A stretch of DNA of 64,000 bases. It comes from Tortispora ganteri. Its lineage: Eukaryota. Both the position numbers and the translations under genes were made by a program. Location of the stretch: the NCBI GenBank assembly GCA_003707115.1, contig PPNB01000001.1, forward strand, positions 248,001-312,000. The letters are read 5' to 3'. The stretch's first letter is position 1. Each line of letters opens with the position of its first letter. Shown piece by piece: positions 29,401-39,658 of this stretch. Below the pieces are notes generated by a model, which ran no database searches, was not told the origin of the DNA, and was given only the letters and a program-made list of their open reading frames with translations.

Positions 29401-30429
29401 TTAAAAGTTGCTTTGTAGGCATTCTTTCAATGCGTCTTCCACATTTGTATTGGCTTGAATTTCAACCGGAGCTTTGTAAGTTAAATCAGAGACTTTACTA
29501 AGTTCACAAGCAGCTATATTCATGGGTCTTCTGGCTTCGAAAGATGCTTTGGCTGGTTTGGTTTTAGTGTTTTGGTTAACAATCTTCTTAACGAGCTTAG
29601 GCCAGAGAGCAGATGTGGATGATGTGTAACCCGTTTTCGTGGCAATAGAGGAGGGAAATGTTGACATGGAGGCTTCTAGATGTTTCACAGAAGTGCTCAT
29701 TCGAGCCAGATCAGACGATACAGGAGGAGATGATGCGGTTATGTGATGCATTGAAGGTGCCGGTCTACTAACGTTTCTGCCTACGGGGACGTACCGGCAG
29801 ATCAGCGCAGAAGTTGGCGAAATAGAACTTGAAACGGATTGCGGATAAGCGTCGCTTGCGATACCTGTTTTCTGTACGTTCAAAGGCGATGCAAGGCCGT
29901 TTTCACAAGATATAGCCTTACGCAGATTCGGGTTAGGACTCGATTGCGAAGGATATGTATAATCGTTGAAGATGAGGTTACCCAAATGAACACTTGAGAT
30001 TGAATGGGATCTTCTGCGGCCATAACTAAGAGGTGTCATAGAATCTTCCAGCTCATCGAAGGTAGAATAACCTCTAGAAATGGAAGAATATGGGGTATCT
30101 GAAACTAAGGAAGGGCAATTTGATGATCGAGACGGTGTGGATGGAAAATCGTATACAGAACATTGCTGATCTAACTTCATCTGATAAAGCGAAGATTCCA
30201 GCTTCCTGACTCTTGTACTGTAAGAAGAAATTTCATCATTTGATCTATTAATATTCACAATGTTAGACCTCAGATGTTGTAAGTATTGCTCTGAGACATC
30301 GATCGATTTGTTGAGTTGCTCCAGTCTCGCCAACAGCTTCTTATTCTCCTCTATGGTTATCGAATTCTCTTCAATTAGTTTCCTATTTTGTTGCGACAGG
30401 AATGCAAAGGATTCAGCTGTTGAAGACAT
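29401..30429 (-). CDS. Uncharacterised protein, N-terminal coiled coil + Ser-rich tail
   Basis: Long ORF; ATG 30429 (MSSTAESF..LIEENSITIEENKKLLARLEQLNKS). The track start upstream is non-ATG. Confidence 0.72.
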   Translation of the reverse strand: MSSTAESFAFLSQQNRKLIEENSITIEENKKLLARLEQLNKSIDVSEQYLQHLRSNIVNINRSNDEISSYSTRVRKLESSLYQMKLDQQCSVYDFPSTPSRSSNCPSLVSDTPYSSISRGYSTFDELEDSMTPLSYGRRRSHSISSVHLGNLIFNDYTYPSQSSPNPNLRKAISCENGLASPLNVQKTGIASDAYPQSVSSSISPTSALICRYVPVGRNVSRPAPSMHHITASSPPVSSDLARMSTSVKHLEASMSTFPSSIATKTGYTSSTSALWPKLVKKIVNQNTKTKPAKASFEARRPMNIAACELSKVSDLTYKAPVEIQANTNVEDALKECLQSNF

Positions 30430-30822
30430 AATAATTTTCTTATAATAGATATTGCTAAAGATGCGAATAAACAAACCCACTAAAAGAATAAGGATAAAGT
30501 TTGAGACTTCCCTATTGAGGTATAACCAAAGCAATGGTACGATGCAGACAGACACGTATATGTTACACTGCTGAGTGCTCCTTGCAAAGAAATATAAAAA
30601 GCATGCACATTGATGCTAAATTCTCTATTAATGCAAAATACACGCGAATAACGTACAAAGATAAGTGCTAGGATGTTATATATGCAAAGCAATTTTTGAA
30701 GATTTCAGATGTAATTTAGAAAGTAGGCGGGTTCATGTAAATTGGGACTTAGAGTCTACTGTTTGTCTTCAGACTTGCTAGAGAAAAACTACAAGTATAC
30801 AAAAAAAGTTGACATTAAATGA

Positions 30823-31596
<774 letters not shown>

Positions 31597-31764
31597 TCAG
31601 TGACAATACAGTCTAGCGTTAGAGAGAATCAATCTGTATTTAAAAGGGAAAATTTCAAAATCTGTCGAAATGCCTTTTAAAGTTTCTCTCTCAACTGCAC
31701 CAGACAGTAAGTTTCTAGCCAGTGTCAACAACATTTCCATATTTTTACTAATCGTCCACGAACA

Positions 31765-33672
31765 ATGACTGATAACCAGCAAAATAAACCATTTGGCTCT
31801 GGTTTTTTTAACAATCCCTCTTTACAAACCCCTAGCAAGACTACCAACTCCTCCTCACCCTTTTCGTTCAGTAGCAGCACTAACACTAATACTGCTGCTG
31901 CTTCTTCTGCGTTTTCTTTTAAGCCTTCCGGAACCGACGCTAAACAATCTGCACCTTCAACTGGCTCAAGTATTGGTCAGAACAATGTACCAGTCTTTTC
32001 GTTCGGCTCTTCTGCAAGCAGTAATCCAGCAACTACTGGGTTTTCGTTTGGTTCTAAGCCAGCAACGACAAGCACCAGTGCCGATCAACAAAAACCTGCA
32101 AGTTCAGCATTCTCTTTTGGCACTGCAAGTACTAATCAATCGACTGACGCAAAATCAGCGTTTTCTTTTGGCGCTGCATCTCAAGTACAAAACAAGGAGG
32201 AAACGAAACCGGCTTTTAGCTTTGGCGCTGCTCCGCAACAGAACAAAGCAGACATGAAACCCGCGTTTGCTTTAGGTGCTAAAACGGATGAGAAAAAGGA
32301 AGAAACAAAACCTATATTTAGCTTTGGAAGTAAGATGACAGAGAATAAAGAGGAACCAAAACCGTCTTTTAGCTTTGGCGCACAGAAGAAAGAAGAATCG
32401 ACACCCGCGTTCAGCTTTGGTGCCAACACTGAAGAAAAGAAAGATGAATCGAAACCCGCGTTCAGCTTTGGTGCCAAAACGGAAGAAAAGAAAGATGAAT
32501 CGAAACCCGCGTTCAGCTTTGGTGCTAAAACTGAAGGAAAGAAAGAGGAATCGAAACCCGCGTTCAGCTTTGGTGCTAAAACTGAAGGAAAGAAAGAGGA
32601 ATCGAAACCCGCGTTCAGCTTTGGTGCCAAAACTGAAGAAAAGAAAGAGGAATCGAAACCCGCGTTCAGCTTTGGTGCCAAAACGGAAGAAAAGAAAGAT
32701 GAATCGAAACCCGCGTTCAGCTTTGGTGCCAAAACTGGAGAAAAGAAAGATGAATCGAAACCCGCATTTAGCTTTGGTGCTAAAACTGAAGAAAAGAAAG
32801 ATGAATCGAAACCCGCATTCAGCTTTGGTGCAAAAACTGAAGAGAAGAAAGATGAATCGAAACCCGCATTCAGCTTTGGTGCAAAAACAGAAGAGAAGAA
32901 AGATGAATCGAAACCCGCGTTCAGCTTTGGTGCCAAAACTGAAGAAAAGAAAGAGGAATCGAAACCCGCGTTCAGCTTTGGTGCTAAACCTGAGGAAAAA
33001 AACGATACATCTAAATTTGCTTTAGGTGCTGATTCATTGAATAAATCTAGCACAGAGTCTACAGGCACCATTGGATTGATTAAAAACAAATCAATAGATG
33101 ATATTATTAGCAAATGGACCAGCTCGTTGGCTAAAGCTACCGGCCAATTTGAAACTCTTGCTCGAGATGTGTCTGACTTTGATAGGGTTCTTGTCACTAA
33201 TGGTGATAAGATTGCACAGCTATTTACGGAAACTACGGAAGCAGAGCAAAACCAGTCGAAAATTGATCAGATGCTCCTGTACCTCAATGCTCAACAAGAC
33301 GATCTTGAAACAATGCTTGACTCCTGTGAAAGTCAAGTGGATGAGCTTTTGAGCGGCATGAATAGGGATATGCTTGCTGTTCAAGTGGCAGATGAAGAGA
33401 GACTCAAGGCTTACAATACAGCTGACAAATTACTCAGTGAACTTGAACTCATGGGAGCCGATTTAGCATCAATGGTCACCCAACTAAACAGCATGTCCTC
33501 TAATATAACATCTAATACAGAGAACGATCCAGTTTCACAAATTGTCAAGATTCTTAATGGACATATGGGAAGTCTACGGTGGATTGATACGAACTCTAAG
33601 GAGTTAGAGAGGAAATTGGAAAAATTACAAAAAGCCGAAGAGAGCATCAACGAAAATTTACGTATACGCTGA
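31765..33672 (+). CDS. NSP1: FG-nucleoporin Nsp1
   Basis: FSFG repeats plus C-terminal coiled coil (NKSIDDIISKW..IVKILNGHMGSLRWID). Confidence 0.95.
   Translation: MTDNQQNKPFGSGFFNNPSLQTPSKTTNSSSPFSFSSSTNTNTAAASSAFSFKPSGTDAKQSAPSTGSSIGQNNVPVFSFGSSASSNPATTGFSFGSKPATTSTSADQQKPASSAFSFGTASTNQSTDAKSAFSFGAASQVQNKEETKPAFSFGAAPQQNKADMKPAFALGAKTDEKKEETKPIFSFGSKMTENKEEPKPSFSFGAQKKEESTPAFSFGANTEEKKDESKPAFSFGAKTEEKKDESKPAFSFGAKTEGKKEESKPAFSFGAKTEGKKEESKPAFSFGAKTEEKKEESKPAFSFGAKTEEKKDESKPAFSFGAKTGEKKDESKPAFSFGAKTEEKKDESKPAFSFGAKTEEKKDESKPAFSFGAKTEEKKDESKPAFSFGAKTEEKKEESKPAFSFGAKPEEKNDTSKFALGADSLNKSSTESTGTIGLIKNKSIDDIISKWTSSLAKATGQFETLARDVSDFDRVLVTNGDKIAQLFTETTEAEQNQSKIDQMLLYLNAQQDDLETMLDSCESQVDELLSGMNRDMLAVQVADEERLKAYNTADKLLSELELMGADLASMVTQLNSMSSNITSNTENDPVSQIVKILNGHMGSLRWIDTNSKELERKLEKLQKAEESINENLRIR
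32398..33009 (+). repeat. Coding minisatellite, 12 x 51 bp (SKPAFSFGAKTEEKKDE)
   Basis: Unit starts at 32398 and 32959 are 561 = 11 x 51 nt apart; more degenerate copies lie upstream. Confidence 0.92.
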
Positions 33673-33746
33673 TGGGCATTATTTGTTTCGCTGTTTCTTC
33701 ATAGTCACGTCATTAATAAATACAAAAGCCGACTTGTCGGAGAGAA

Positions 33747-34583
33747 TTATTCAGGTCTGAGTCTTTTGGACTTTGTTAATTGTTTAAGTTTTTCACGGTC
33801 TTCTTGAAATCTCTGCAGGAGCTCATCAACTTTCCGTTTTTTCTGATCGCGAACTTGAAATCTGTAAAAGTCTGTGAGACCTGTGGATCGTGATTTCTTC
33901 TTTTTATTAACTTGTACATCAGACGCCGATAATAAAGGCATTGGTTGAGTTCCTTTAACACTAGCCGGTTTCACTGTCACGAATCCATCCTCATCCATTT
34001 TATCCTGTTCTGTCGCTTTTCGCATATCTTCTTCCTTTTCGTTAAATTTTGTTAGGCACTCATTGACGTCCTGTTCTATATGTTTCATGAATTCATATCC
34101 CCCATAGCTGTCAATTTGCAGAGCCTGGTAACGTTTTGTGCCAAGAGGAGGGATATTGTTACCGGATCCTATGCCTTCTCCCCACAACGGTAAGACCGAT
34201 GAGTGAGATGCGTTGATTTTTTTTCCTCTTATGCTCTTAAGTGTCTTCATTACCCGTTTAACTCCGTTGGTGTCCACAAAATGAATTACACACGTCGATC
34301 CGGATGGGTATAAAGGTCTATAAACAAATGATGAGTCAGTTGAGTCAGGTGACCATAAAACTCGCTTATCTTTAGCTTCAGGTGCATTGAACTTAATATC
34401 GTCCACAATAGCTTCGCTCATATTTCTGAATAGAGCACGTAGATGTGCTCGTGTAGAGTCCGCGGGTATGTTAGCTAAGAACAGGGAATGATCTGTATCG
34501 TCAAGCTTGTGTTTACTGACATACATATAATGAATAGCATGCAGACTGGATATGCGGATAGGCAACACAAAAAAGTCTGACAT
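33747..34583 (-). CDS. RRP7: Ribosome biogenesis protein Rrp7
   Basis: SLFLANIPADST, MDEDGFVTV and DFYRFQVRDQKK..LLQRFQEDREKL. Confidence 0.92.
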   Translation of the reverse strand: MSDFFVLPIRISSLHAIHYMYVSKHKLDDTDHSLFLANIPADSTRAHLRALFRNMSEAIVDDIKFNAPEAKDKRVLWSPDSTDSSFVYRPLYPSGSTCVIHFVDTNGVKRVMKTLKSIRGKKINASHSSVLPLWGEGIGSGNNIPPLGTKRYQALQIDSYGGYEFMKHIEQDVNECLTKFNEKEEDMRKATEQDKMDEDGFVTVKPASVKGTQPMPLLSASDVQVNKKKKSRSTGLTDFYRFQVRDQKKRKVDELLQRFQEDREKLKQLTKSKRLRPE

Positions 34584-34846
34584 TATCAGTATGCTAGCAT
34601 CGAACTAGTAAGTATAATATTTTATATCTATATATAGGTTGTACAAGCCTTCATGATAGAAAAATGTTCCAAACATATTGTAGCATATATTGCTATGGCA
34701 ACTGATAATAAATGTGAAGAGTTTATAGTGAAAACTTAAAAAAAATTTCTATTTCAACACCTGCACGATTCACCTTTCTATTTTTTTCTTTACCATACCC
34801 CCTTCTCTTTACCACTTTGCGCGGCAGAAAAGGGACCTGAAAAGCT

Positions 34847-34856
34847 TGAAATTTTT
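34847..34856. promoter_or_regulatory. RRPE-like element TGAAATTTTT in the RRP7/TIF1 promoter
   Basis: Near-consensus match. A similar GAAAATTTCA lies at 31648-31657 in the TRM8/NSP1 promoter. Confidence 0.4.
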
Positions 34857-34984
34857 ATAAAGTAGTAAAAGTACTTGTTAAACTTTCATAGCGAATATTT
34901 GTAATCCCCTCTTAACAGAGCTATCAAAGTTTTGTATCTTAAAGACCCTTTCTAATCACTGGAAGCTCTAAAAATTCTATCAAC

Positions 34985-36169
34985 ATGAGTGAACTTCAAG
35001 ACGTTGATTCTTCTTTGATTGAGACTAACTACGAACACTCTATCTCTTCATTTGAAGATCTTCCCATCAAAAAGGAGATTCTTAGAGGTATCTATGGTTG
35101 TGGTTATGATGTTCCTTCTTCTATTCAACAACGTGCTATCCTTCCTATCATTGAGAAGCACGACGTGATTGCCCAGGCCCAATCTGGTACCGGTAAGACG
35201 GCCACTTTCTCTATTGCCACTCTCCAGCGTGTTGACCCTGATATCAAGGACACACAGGCTATGATTGTCGCCCCTACTCGTGAGCTTGCTACTCAAATCC
35301 GCACCGTCGTCAACTCTTTAGGAACGTTTTTGGGTGTTAAGGTTTACGCCGCTATTGGCGGTGTCAGTCCTGCCGAGGATTTACGTGCTTTTCAAGAAGG
35401 TGTTCAGATTGTCGTTGGTACCCCTGGTCGCCTGTTTGATAACATCCAGCGCGGAATTATCAAGACCAAAAACCTCAAAATGATTGTTCTTGATGAGGCC
35501 GATGAGATGCTTTCCCGCGGATTTGCTGAACAGATCTTAGAGATCTTCAGAACTTTACCTCCTACTGTGCAAATGGTTCTTCTCTCTGCTACTATGCCTA
35601 CCGAAGTTTTGAGTGTAACCAAGGAGTTTATGCGCGATCCCGTTCGTATATTGGTTAAGCAAGACGAACTTACCTTAGAAGGTATCAAGCAGTTTTACAT
35701 TGACTGTGAACTGGAAGAATACAAATTTGACACCTTGGTTGATCTTTATGATACTATCAATATCACCCAAGCCGTTATCTTCTGCAATACTCGTGATAAG
35801 GTCGAGGAACTCACCACCAAACTCAAGGAGAAAATGTTCACTGTTTCTGCTATCCACGGAGATCTCAGCCAGCAACAGCGTGCTCTTATTATGCAAGAAT
35901 TCCGTACTGGATCTTCTCGTATTCTGATTGCTACTGATTTGTTGGCTCGCGGTATTGATGTTCAACAAGTCTCATTAGTTATAAACTATGACCTGCCTGC
36001 ATCTAAAGAAAACTACATCCATCGTATTGGTCGTGGTGGACGTTTTGGACGTAAAGGTGTTGCTCTTAACTTGGTTGCTAGCGAAGACGTTGAGATGCTC
36101 AAAGACATTGAGAAGTTCTACAATACCCAAATTCAAGAAATGCCTGAAAACATATCTGAATTGCTCTAA
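34985..36169 (+). CDS. TIF1: Translation initiation factor eIF4A
   Basis: [41 protein letters not shown] and [13 protein letters not shown]; strong codon bias. Confidence 0.95.
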   Translation: MSELQDVDSSLIETNYEHSISSFEDLPIKKEILRGIYGCGYDVPSSIQQRAILPIIEKHDVIAQAQSGTGKTATFSIATLQRVDPDIKDTQAMIVAPTRELATQIRTVVNSLGTFLGVKVYAAIGGVSPAEDLRAFQEGVQIVVGTPGRLFDNIQRGIIKTKNLKMIVLDEADEMLSRGFAEQILEIFRTLPPTVQMVLLSATMPTEVLSVTKEFMRDPVRILVKQDELTLEGIKQFYIDCELEEYKFDTLVDLYDTINITQAVIFCNTRDKVEELTTKLKEKMFTVSAIHGDLSQQQRALIMQEFRTGSSRILIATDLLARGIDVQQVSLVINYDLPASKENYIHRIGRGGRFGRKGVALNLVASEDVEMLKDIEKFYNTQIQEMPENISELL

Positions 36170-36479
36170 AAATAACTATGCACAAAGCGTTTGTATAATC
36201 CATGTGTTAAGTTTTTAGGGCGCTATAGAAATGACCGGAAAGCGGTTGAATAGACGTGTGAAAATTTCACATGTTGATTCATTGTTTTCTTTCTATCTGT
36301 TCCTCAATTTTTGTCTTTTGGTATCGCAGATGTTAAAAGCTATTAAGAAGTAGAATCTATCTGTTAGCATACAAAACTAAGCACACGCCGATATTGTTAT
36401 ATGCTTACTATACTATCTTATTAGTTGTATGAAAGATATTTGTTACTATAAAATGGTTCGTATTATATTAAGTTTTGTC

Positions 36480-36923
36480 TTAAACTGCATCCAATTCATT
36501 CAAAAATTCGTCGATTTCCATAACGTCATTTTGTCTTTGCATTCCCGATGATTTTGTAGTATTTTTAGTTAGACGTCTTTGAATCGCCAGTACCTCATCT
36601 CTTTTCCTAGCTTTTTCGTTCATTTGATCTAATTCTTCAGCAGGCATGGTAGGTAGTTGCTTTTTAATGTTTGAAACAGATGATTTGATATTTAGTTTAG
36701 AATAATCAAGAACACCATCATCTTCATCTTCAGGGTCATTATGCGGATTGTTTGATTCCTGATCCTCACTGGTTGTGTCTGACTCAGGAGAATCGTATCG
36801 CCAACTATTAGTTTCCAGTTCCGGTTCAGAACGTTCCTCAATAAGAGGTCTACTATTTATACCATGTTTGCGGTTATAATTGCGTTTAGCTTGTTTTCTC
36901 CATTTATCATTATGCAAAACCAT
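36480..36923 (-). CDS. Small uncharacterised hydrophilic protein
   Basis: ATG 36923 (MVLHNDKWRKQAKRNYNRKHG..ETNSWRY..IDEFLNEL); occupies its own slot. Confidence 0.7.
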   Translation of the reverse strand: MVLHNDKWRKQAKRNYNRKHGINSRPLIEERSEPELETNSWRYDSPESDTTSEDQESNNPHNDPEDEDDGVLDYSKLNIKSSVSNIKKQLPTMPAEELDQMNEKARKRDEVLAIQRRLTKNTTKSSGMQRQNDVMEIDEFLNELDAV

Positions 36924-37020
36924 TAGAGTATATGGCAATTGCAAAGGGTAAAATTGATTAGGAAGAGTTCAGCTTGTGTCGAAAACTAAAAGGGCATCAT
37001 AAACCTTATTCACAATTTTC

Positions 37021-38037
37021 TTATAGGCCGATCACCTCATGAACCTCACGAAGGACTTCAGAAGCCACTGCTCTGGCTTTATATGCTGATTCTTCACTTA
37101 TTTCGTCAATAATAGGGGAACATTCCAGTTCTGAATATCTTTCTCTTATAGGTGTAAGCTCTTTGTTTAGTGCATCGATCAGCGCTTCTTTGAGAATCTT
37201 GTGCCCTGAGACTGATTCAAAAGCTTTGACCGTCTCATCAACTGATTTTTCATTTAGGGAAGCTAACATTTCGATAAGACTGGATACACCAGGTCGTGCC
37301 TGTGGATCGTAAGTGATTGAGGTGTTCGTATCAGTAACTGCCTTCATGACTTTCTTCGAAATAGTGGTGCTGTCATCGGTCAGCAAGATCGAAGATAGGG
37401 GGTTCGTGTCTGATTTAGACATCTTCTTAGTAGGGTCGCGTAAAGACATGATGCGCTTAGTAGGGGTAAGCATAGGTTCGGGAATAGGGAAAACAGGCTG
37501 GTTGTATCGTGAATTGAAAGATGACGCTATCCAACGCGCTAATTCTAGATGTTGCAGCTGATCCTCACCTACAGGAACGTGCGTAGTTTTATAGAGAAGA
37601 ATATCAGCAGCCATTAAAACAGGGTAGGAAAAAAGGCCAAGGTTTAGCTTTTGCAAAGCGCTTGAATCAGACACGTTCGCTGTATGTCTTAGATTGATTT
37701 TGTCTTTCCACTGCGTCATTCGATTTAGACGGCCCATATTGACGAGATTTGTTAGGATCCACATCAATTGGGAATGCTGCGGTACTTGACTTTGATAGTA
37801 AATGTTAGCAACTTTAGGATCTATACCTACTGCCAGAAGAGCAGTGAGTGTGGCATTTCGATTTTTCTTCAGATCTTTAGACTGCTTAGGGACTGTGAGG
37901 GCATGTAAGTCGACGACAGAATAGAACAGTTCATTTTTGGGTTCGCTACAAAGTTGAACCCACTTTTTGAGTGTACCCAGATAGTTGCCTATGTGAGGCG
38001 TATTCGAAGGCTGAATCCCGCTAAATATAACTTTCAT
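37021..38037 (-). CDS. MSW1: Tryptophanyl-tRNA synthetase, mitochondrial/bacterial type
   Basis: FSGIQPS..HIGN, VDLHALT, RMTQWK, YPVLMAADILLY, VPVGEDQ and KMSKS. Confidence 0.92.
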   Translation of the reverse strand: MKVIFSGIQPSNTPHIGNYLGTLKKWVQLCSEPKNELFYSVVDLHALTVPKQSKDLKKNRNATLTALLAVGIDPKVANIYYQSQVPQHSQLMWILTNLVNMGRLNRMTQWKDKINLRHTANVSDSSALQKLNLGLFSYPVLMAADILLYKTTHVPVGEDQLQHLELARWIASSFNSRYNQPVFPIPEPMLTPTKRIMSLRDPTKKMSKSDTNPLSSILLTDDSTTISKKVMKAVTDTNTSITYDPQARPGVSSLIEMLASLNEKSVDETVKAFESVSGHKILKEALIDALNKELTPIRERYSELECSPIIDEISEESAYKARAVASEVLREVHEVIGL

Positions 38038-38267
38038 ATATTGAATATTCACGTTAAAATAAGAAAGGTAAAAGAGTGAGAAAAGAAAATGAATGAAAAA
38101 TATGTGAGCAAGTTAAAAAGGTAGGTAGTATTATTGCGCGATTAAAGTGTACTTGACGATGCTGGGACTTGCCTATTTCATCCGAGGAACTTTTTTTTTC
38201 CCTTTTCTCTTTTAACCGGCCCTACCGCACCTTACATTTGCACTTAACTTTTACTCATTCGTCATTA

Positions 38268-39038
38268 ATGCTGCAAAAGCCAACGGCTTTCCTTAAATCC
38301 CCTAGATTTTTGCTCTTGAGACGATTCTCTGATTTCGCCTCAGATGTTGTTCCTCATGAGAGCTCTTCTTTGCTGAAGAAAAAATTGGAGTCTAATCTCA
38401 ACGATTACATTATTGGCCCCTATATAGAATCTGATTTAAGCAAACTTCTGAGAGATAATGGCCGCCCTATGCCTATTAGCGCCGATCTAAACTACAAAAC
38501 TCCCCTCAAAAGACAACCATCTAACAATATACCCGTGTGTGATTTGCAAATTAGATCTTATATCCTCGATTACGTTTCCTTTTTTGCTGAGTTTGCGATC
38601 AGATCCGCTTATTTTCTCGGTATGCCCGTTTCTGGACCCGTACCCTTGCCACACAAAACTGAACGCTGGACCGTAATCAGAGGCCCATTTGCACATGCAA
38701 AATCTAAAGAGAACTTTGAACGAATTACTTACCGTCGACTCATACAAGTCAAAGACGCGACCCCCCAACAAGTCCAAACTTGGTTGGCCTTCTTGAGGCA
38801 ACATGAGTACGAAGCTATCGGTATGAAAGCAAATGTCTACCAGTATGCTTCTGTCAATGACATACTCAATCATTCTGCTAACATCGATTCACACAAAACT
38901 TTACCTACTCTTGAAGACTCAGGGGTTGAGTCCTCGCATATATTCCAAACTCTTAACCCTGAGGTCGCGGCCAAAGTTAGAGAGCTTCTCGCTTCTACCG
39001 AGTTTGCACAAGCAGCTGAAGATACCGGGTCTCCTTAA
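38268..39038 (+). CDS. RSM10: Mitochondrial ribosomal protein uS10m
   Basis: AYFLGMPVSGPVPLP..ERWTVIRGPFAHAKSKENFERITYRRLI; presequence-like start at ATG 38268. Confidence 0.92.
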   Translation: MLQKPTAFLKSPRFLLLRRFSDFASDVVPHESSSLLKKKLESNLNDYIIGPYIESDLSKLLRDNGRPMPISADLNYKTPLKRQPSNNIPVCDLQIRSYILDYVSFFAEFAIRSAYFLGMPVSGPVPLPHKTERWTVIRGPFAHAKSKENFERITYRRLIQVKDATPQQVQTWLAFLRQHEYEAIGMKANVYQYASVNDILNHSANIDSHKTLPTLEDSGVESSHIFQTLNPEVAAKVRELLASTEFAQAAEDTGSP

Positions 39039-39308
39039 TTGAGCATCTATTAACAGGACGTAGCTGTTCTTACATTTTATATATTTAATTTAATGATACA
39101 CTTCTATACACGTTAGTTCTTTTGATATACTTCATTGGCTCTGTATTTTTTTTTTTAAAATTATTATGTTACTGAAAATCCAACAAACTGTCAGGTTGCC
39201 ACAGCAACTAGAAAGAGTGTTGGTGCAAGAGTGCAATCGGTATATTCTTATTCGCCAATTTCTACCACCTTTCAATTCGACTTCAACACTCTCACTACCT
39301 CCTGAACA

Positions 39309-39503
39309 ATGGCCGGTTATCCTAGACTTGGCCCTTTGCCGGCTCCTCATCCTCCAAGACCATTCTATCGCTTTGCAACTGTGTTCTTAGGAGCGTCCAT
39401 GTGGTTCTGGATCTTCTATAGGGTGAAAAATGATGGAAAAGTAATGCTTGGCCTCGAACATCCTTGGGATAGCCATGGCAGCTCCGATCACAAAGAACAC
39501 TAG
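39309..39503 (+). CDS. Complex I accessory subunit NDUFB2 (AGGG)-like
   Basis: 64 aa with one TM; LGASMWFWIFYR.K.DG.VMLG.EHPWD motif. Confidence 0.82.
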   Translation: MAGYPRLGPLPAPHPPRPFYRFATVFLGASMWFWIFYRVKNDGKVMLGLEHPWDSHGSSDHKEH

Positions 39504-39658
39504 TATTCATTCTTAGACCAAGTTCAGTGCCTTATTTCTGGCCTTTTATGAATCTCCTTAAATATAACGCACTTCAGTTTATCATTTACAAACTAGAATC
39601 GTGCTCCCGTCTATAACCATATATCATTTATATTACTAACAACTATCTCCGCGCGTTA

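Noticed and set aside
32181..33197. 338-aa antisense and 216-aa alternative-frame ORFs in NSP1
   Set aside because: By-product of a stop-free 51-bp unit being repeated.
34608..34966. Possible 5'UTR intron of TIF1 (GTAAGT at 34608); similar GTAAGT near 25008 before ZAP1
   Set aside because: The TIF1 donor lies upstream of the likely TATA and next to the RRP7 start; neither case has a canonical CTAAC branch with a nearby AG.
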